From the NCBI GenBank assembly GCA_026416715.1, contig JAOAEQ010000004.1, positions 10,956 through 74,955 of the forward strand: DNA of 64,000 nucleotides, read 5' to 3'. Of the stretch, positions 60,223 through 64,000 are shown piece by piece (within the stretch, counting starts at the first letter, position 1; every line of letters starts with the position of its first letter). The stretch is from a bacterium (GTDB lineage: Bacteria; UBP4; UBA4092; JAOAEQ01). A program made the translations under genes and the position numbers. The notes under the pieces are model-generated. The model was not told the DNA's origin, made no database searches, and saw only the letters and a program-made list of their open reading frames with translations.

Positions 60223-61650
60223 ATGCATCCATTAGTTGCTATCATTGGACGACCAAACGTCGGTAAATCGGTTCTATTCAACCGGATAGTCGGGAAATCA
60301 ATTGCAATTGTTGACGATATGCCGGGGGTAACGCGAGATCGGCTTTATGCTGCAACTGATTGGGCTGGTCGAGAGTTTACACTCATCGATACCGGGGGAT
60401 TGATTCCGAGCGCAACTACTGGTATAGAAGCTGAGGTACGGAAACAGGCGGAAGTAGCTATCGTAGAAGCGGATGTTATCATTTTCGTCGTTGATGCGAA
60501 ATCTGGCCTAGATGAAGAAGATAAACTCGCAGCAGAATTGCTCCGTAAACAAGCGAAAAAAGTTATCATTGCAGTGAATAAAATCGATAATCCGGATGAT
60601 ATTGGATTTACTGCACCATTTTATAAACTCGGATTGGGTGAGCCGATAGCGATTTCAGCATTGCATGGGATGAGAATAAACGAACTACTTGACCAAGTTA
60701 TTGCGCATTTGCCACCCGAAAAAAAGGGGAAACCAAAACAGGAAAAAATCATTAAACTAGCGATTGTCGGCAGACCGAATGTCGGGAAGTCTTCTATTCT
60801 CAACGCTATTCTCGGGCAGGAACGAACTATCGTTAGCCCGCACCCGGGAACGACTCGGGATGCGATTGATACCCCGTTTCAGTATAAACAGGATAATTAT
60901 CTGCTGATCGATACCGCTGGGATTCGGAAACGGTCGAAAGTCGAATGGGGTGTAGAAAGTTTCGGGGTGATTCGTGCGATGCGGGCGATTCGTCGAGCGG
61001 ATATTGCGGCATTGGTTTTGGACGCAGAAATCGGTGTAACGGAACAGGATATGAAAATTGCGAGCACAATCGAACAGGAAGGAACCAGTTGCGTTATCGT
61101 AGTCAATAAATGGGATTTGGTTGAAAAAGATATCGCTGAAGGGAAACTGGTATTTAAGGAGAAAGATGAAGGACGAAAGACGAAAAACGAAAACCAAAGC
61201 AACCGCGAATCTCCCTTACCCAACCGTGGTCTTTTGATTTCAACTGCGATGAAGAAATTTGAAGACCATCTTCGCAGTAGTTTATTTTTTCTGAACTATG
61301 CACCGGTAATATACACTTCAGCATTAACTGGACAGCGAGTTCTGAAAATCCTCGATTTAGTTAAAGCGGTGCATATCGAGCGGAATAAACGGATTTCAAC
61401 TTCCGAACTGAATAAATTTCTTGCATCGGTAATCGCACGAAAACAACCGCCAGAACTGAAAGGTAGACAGATTAAATTGTTTTATATCACTCAAGTTAAA
61501 ACCGCACCGCCGGTATTCGTTCTGTTCGTAAATCATCCAGATGATCTACCGAACAGTTATCAGAAATATATCTTAAATTCGTTACGGGAATCGTTCGGGT
61601 TTATTGGTACACCCGTGACCATCAAACTCCGAGAACGAAAAAGAGAATAG
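60223..61650 (+). CDS. der: Ribosome-biogenesis GTPase Der (EngA), with a ~35-aa low-complexity insertion before the KH-like domain
   Basis: Two G-domains (GRPNVGKSVLFN… and GRPNVGKSSILN…) plus a C-terminal KH-like domain. Extra K/E/N-rich segment (…KEKDEGRKTKNENQSNRESPLPN…). Confidence 0.9.
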   Translation: MHPLVAIIGRPNVGKSVLFNRIVGKSIAIVDDMPGVTRDRLYAATDWAGREFTLIDTGGLIPSATTGIEAEVRKQAEVAIVEADVIIFVVDAKSGLDEEDKLAAELLRKQAKKVIIAVNKIDNPDDIGFTAPFYKLGLGEPIAISALHGMRINELLDQVIAHLPPEKKGKPKQEKIIKLAIVGRPNVGKSSILNAILGQERTIVSPHPGTTRDAIDTPFQYKQDNYLLIDTAGIRKRSKVEWGVESFGVIRAMRAIRRADIAALVLDAEIGVTEQDMKIASTIEQEGTSCVIVVNKWDLVEKDIAEGKLVFKEKDEGRKTKNENQSNRESPLPNRGLLISTAMKKFEDHLRSSLFFLNYAPVIYTSALTGQRVLKILDLVKAVHIERNKRISTSELNKFLASVIARKQPPELKGRQIKLFYITQVKTAPPVFVLFVNHPDDLPNSYQKYILNSLRESFGFIGTPVTIKLRERKRE

Positions 61651-61658
61651 AATTATTT

Positions 61659-61724
61659 CCTACCAAGGCACCAAGGCTCAAAGAATAGATATTTCAGTCG
61701 GATTAGCCTTGGTGAGTTGGTGGT
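61659..61724. repeat. Hairpin-forming repeat with a CCAAGG/CCTTGG core, copy A (between der and plsY)
   Basis: CACCAAGGC (61669-61677) pairs with GCCTTGGTG (61706-61714), and flanking partial pairing extends the stem. Copy B at 62584-62662 has a related sequence. Confidence 0.5.
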
Positions 61725-61742
61725 TAGAGTGTTAAGTTCGGT

Positions 61743-62351
61743 ATGTTCATTGCTAATTTTGTTTTAATTATTATTATCGCTTATCTTCTCGGTTCGATTC
61801 CTACCGGATATTGGCTCGGGCGAATGAAAGGCGTTGATATCCGGAAGTTCGGCAGCGGAAATATCGGGATGACTAACGTTCTCCGAGTTCTCGGAAAACC
61901 GTATGCGCTGCTAACCTTTATTGTCGATGTCGCGAAAGGAACCGTTGCGGTAACTCTGCTTCCATGGTTATTCCATACTTCAGAACCATGGATGAAGGTT
62001 CTTGCTGGCTTAGCTGCGGTTTGCGGACATAACTGGACGATTTTCTTAAAGTTTAAAGGCGGGAAAGGGGTAGCAACCAGTGCCGGGGTTTTTCTCGGAC
62101 TGGCTTGGCAACCGACTTTATTAGTTCTCGGTATATTTGGAATAGTATTAGCGATATCTAGGTATGTTTCACTCGGGTCACTCGGTGCTGCAGTTAGCTT
62201 CCCGATTCTGGTGGTTCTTGTTGATCAGAATATACTCTATATCATTCTTTCAATTCTGCTAGCGTTATTTATCCTCGTCCGGCATCGAAGTAATATCAAA
62301 CGACTCCTTGCCGGAACGGAAAACAAATTCTCACTTAAGAAGAAACCCTAG
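61743..62351 (+). CDS. plsY: Glycerol-3-phosphate acyltransferase PlsY
   Basis: …LGSIPTGYWLGR…GSGNIGMTNVLRVLGK…. Confidence 0.85.
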   Translation: MFIANFVLIIIIAYLLGSIPTGYWLGRMKGVDIRKFGSGNIGMTNVLRVLGKPYALLTFIVDVAKGTVAVTLLPWLFHTSEPWMKVLAGLAAVCGHNWTIFLKFKGGKGVATSAGVFLGLAWQPTLLVLGIFGIVLAISRYVSLGSLGAAVSFPILVVLVDQNILYIILSILLALFILVRHRSNIKRLLAGTENKFSLKKKP

Positions 62352-62412
62352 CCTTTGCCACTAAGATAAACAACGAGACGGAGTCAAATTAAACTATGTA
62401 GTAGCCCTACCT

Positions 62413-62446
62413 AAAAAACAAACTCACCATTGGTGAGTTTGCTTTT
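62413..62446 (+). terminator. Intrinsic terminator hairpin, 29 nt identical to the one at 14424-14452 (AAAAAACAAACTCACCATTGGTGAGTTTG)
   Basis: Same stem-loop, here followed by CTTTT on + and preceded by A6, which gives T6 on -. It lies 62 nt after the plsY stop. Confidence 0.65.
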
Positions 62447-62583
62447 ACATTGATAAATCTAGAGTTATAACCAACTTAAGTAGAAATTTTCTATAACTCA
62501 CAATAATCCAACCATATTCACTCAATAACTATAACGTTAACCGAGTGAATTTATCAACTCAAAACAGTATTATCGAATATTAA

Positions 62584-62662
62584 CCACCAAGGCATCAAGA
62601 CTCCAAGTAAATTAGATTTAACCTTAACGGTGTTTATCTTTAGTGCTTAAGTGTCTTGGTGG
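62584..62662. repeat. Hairpin-forming repeat with a CCAAGG/CTTGG core, copy B (downstream of plsY)
   Basis: CCACCAAGG…CAAGAC (62584-62601) pairs with GTCTTGGTGG (62653-62662). The left arm is 17/19 identical to copy A's left arm. Confidence 0.45.
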
Positions 62663-62733
62663 TAGGATTTATAGTTTGCTTTTAAGAATAAGTCTATGCT
62701 AAAATTTATATTATCCCGAAAAATAGACGTTTT

Positions 62734-64000
62734 ATGCCGAGAACACCGATAGGGTATTTTGCATTTGTCTTTCATTCTCATCTGCCGTATGTTTTAGGAC
62801 ACGGTCGTTGGCCGCATGGAACCGATTGGTTAAATGAAGCGACCGCTGAAACGTATATCCCGCTGTTAGATGTTTTAAACGAGCTCGTTGAAAATGGCAT
62901 ATCTCCCAAAATAACTATTAATATCTCGCCAGTTCTTGCCGAGCAATTATCCGACCCGGAATTCAAACCTGAATTTGTCGAGTATTTGAAAACTAAAATT
63001 GCAGCGGCGATTGCCGACCGGAGCAAATTCAGTGCGTATCATCGCGGTAACCTAGCGCATCTCGCTGAATTCTGGCAGAAGTTCTATGAACGAACACTCG
63101 ATCATTTCCAGAATAAATATCAATCGGATATTGTCGCTGAATTCCGCAAACTGCAGGATGACGGACATATTGAAATCATCACCTGCGCAGCTACCCATGG
63201 ATATTTCCCATTGTTAAGTCAGGATACTAGCATTCAAGCGCAGGTCAAGTGCGCGCTCGCTGCGCATCAGCGACATTTTGGGAAACTGCCACGCGGAATT
63301 TGGCTTCCCGAATGCGCATATCGCCCGCGGTATATGTGGACGCCTCCAGTTCCGTCAGCGGCTGGAAAACGGCCGTATATGCGAAAAGGAGTTGAAGAGT
63401 TCCTATCCGAGAATGGATTAAATTTCTTTATTATCGATTCGCATTTATTAAAAGGTGGGAAAGCGATTGGCGTGTATCTGCAACGGTTTGAAGCGTTAAA
63501 AAAACTCTGGGGCGTTTTCGCTAGTCAATATCAGATACTACCGGAAGATGAGGAGAAATCGCCGTATCAAGCGTATTTAGTCAGTTCGTATCCGGAAGGG
63601 AAAAAGCCGGTAGCGGTGTTAACTCGCGACCCGAAATCCGGCTTGCAGGTTTGGTCCGGTGAATGGGGGTATCCTGGCGATGGAAATTATCTTGATTTTC
63701 ATAAAAAACATTTTCCGGGTGGACATCGGTATTGGAAAGTAACTTCTGCGAAAGCGGATTTAGCGGATAAACAAGAATATGACCCGGTTATGGCAATGCA
63801 GCGGGTACCAGAAAATGCTAACCATTTTGTCGAATTAATTCAAACGCTCCTGGTTGAAGAATATAACCGAGCTGGTAAACCGGGAATACTTTGTGCGCCG
63901 TTTGATACCGAGCTATTCGGGCATTGGTGGTTTGAAGGACCGCAATGGGTCAAACAAGTTCTCAAGAAAATCGCTGAAACTGCGGAACAGACCGGGATAT
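62734..64000 (+). CDS. Glycoside hydrolase family 57 (GH57-type 1,4-alpha-glucan branching enzyme). The 3' end runs off the window.
   Basis: Translated by hand from the ATG at 62734: MPRTPIGYFAFVFHSHLPYVLGHGRWPHGTDWLNEATAETYIPLLDVLNEL…ISPVLAEQL…, the canonical GH57 N-terminus. The frame is open to the end of the window. Absent from the ORF track because no stop is reached. Confidence 0.75.
   Translation, partial: MPRTPIGYFAFVFHSHLPYVLGHGRWPHGTDWLNEATAETYIPLLDVLNELVENGISPKITINISPVLAEQLSDPEFKPEFVEYLKTKIAAAIADRSKFSAYHRGNLAHLAEFWQKFYERTLDHFQNKYQSDIVAEFRKLQDDGHIEIITCAATHGYFPLLSQDTSIQAQVKCALAAHQRHFGKLPRGIWLPECAYRPRYMWTPPVPSAAGKRPYMRKGVEEFLSENGLNFFIIDSHLLKGGKAIGVYLQRFEALKKLWGVFASQYQILPEDEEKSPYQAYLVSSYPEGKKPVAVLTRDPKSGLQVWSGEWGYPGDGNYLDFHKKHFPGGHRYWKVTSAKADLADKQEYDPVMAMQRVPENANHFVELIQTLLVEEYNRAGKPGILCAPFDTELFGHWWFEGPQWVKQVLKKIAETAEQTGI

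Noticed and set aside
60345-61223. Several minus-strand ORFs (60-146 aa) from the track inside the der gene, with similar antisense or alternate-frame ORFs inside tkt, glgA, yidC, the PHP/LTD gene, kdsA, rbsK and the pdp gene
   Set aside because: All are fully nested within strongly supported genes on the opposite strand or in another frame. They have low-complexity or unbiased composition and lack RBSs, so they are treated as spurious.
1-64000. CRISPR arrays, transposases or IS elements, integrases, phage genes, toxin–antitoxin pairs, restriction–modification or other recognisable defence systems
   Set aside because: None was found by reading both strands. The only dispersed repeats are the short palindromic and hairpin elements reported above. 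The window looks like core chromosome, not a mobile or defence island.

Overview
This is a 64-kb chromosomal window from what looks like an uncultivated Gram-negative, probably anaerobic, bacterium. The Gram-negative call rests on the LPS core genes, a YidC with a long periplasmic domain and RseP; the anaerobic call rests on the rubredoxin/rubrerythrin/NROR-like genes; GH57 branching enzyme and glgA are also present. Genes are densely packed, and about 60 CDS are supportable.

Housekeeping content:
- central metabolism: tkt, dapB, glgA, a GH57 branching enzyme (3' partial at the window end), plsY, proS, queA, queF
- the conserved rpmH-rnpA-yidD-yidC-jag-mnmE cluster, but with no dnaA next to rpmH
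- der
- a nucleoside-salvage locus (rbsK, pyrimidine- and purine-nucleoside phosphorylases, an orphan ABC permease, cdd) next to a large secreted PHP/FN3/lamin-tail-domain protein
- an LPS inner-core cluster (GT9, GT9, waaA) preceded by nanE and an AAC(3)-family acetyltransferase
- a second lipid-glycosylation module: a PAP2-GT39 fusion, a GT2 and a UPF0104 flippase-like protein
- a rubredoxin / rubrerythrin / NROR-like oxidative-stress module
- a glcD/glcF-like oxidase pair and a GH4 glycosidase
- a CYTH plus methyltransferase pair

No CRISPR array, rRNA, convincing tRNA, transposase or phage gene was seen.

The most unusual features:
- an in-frame KdsA–RNase H-like fusion
- a PAP2–ArnT-like fusion with ArnC-like and flippase-like partners
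- a split 'reverse rubrerythrin' with ATGA translational coupling
- several short intergenic repeat families: a 29-nt identical terminator hairpin at two loci, a 26-nt element present once alone and once as a 45-nt perfect palindrome, a 43-nt perfect palindrome, and paired CCAAGG-core hairpins flanking plsY

All functional calls come from recognising motifs by eye in the translations. No database search was run.
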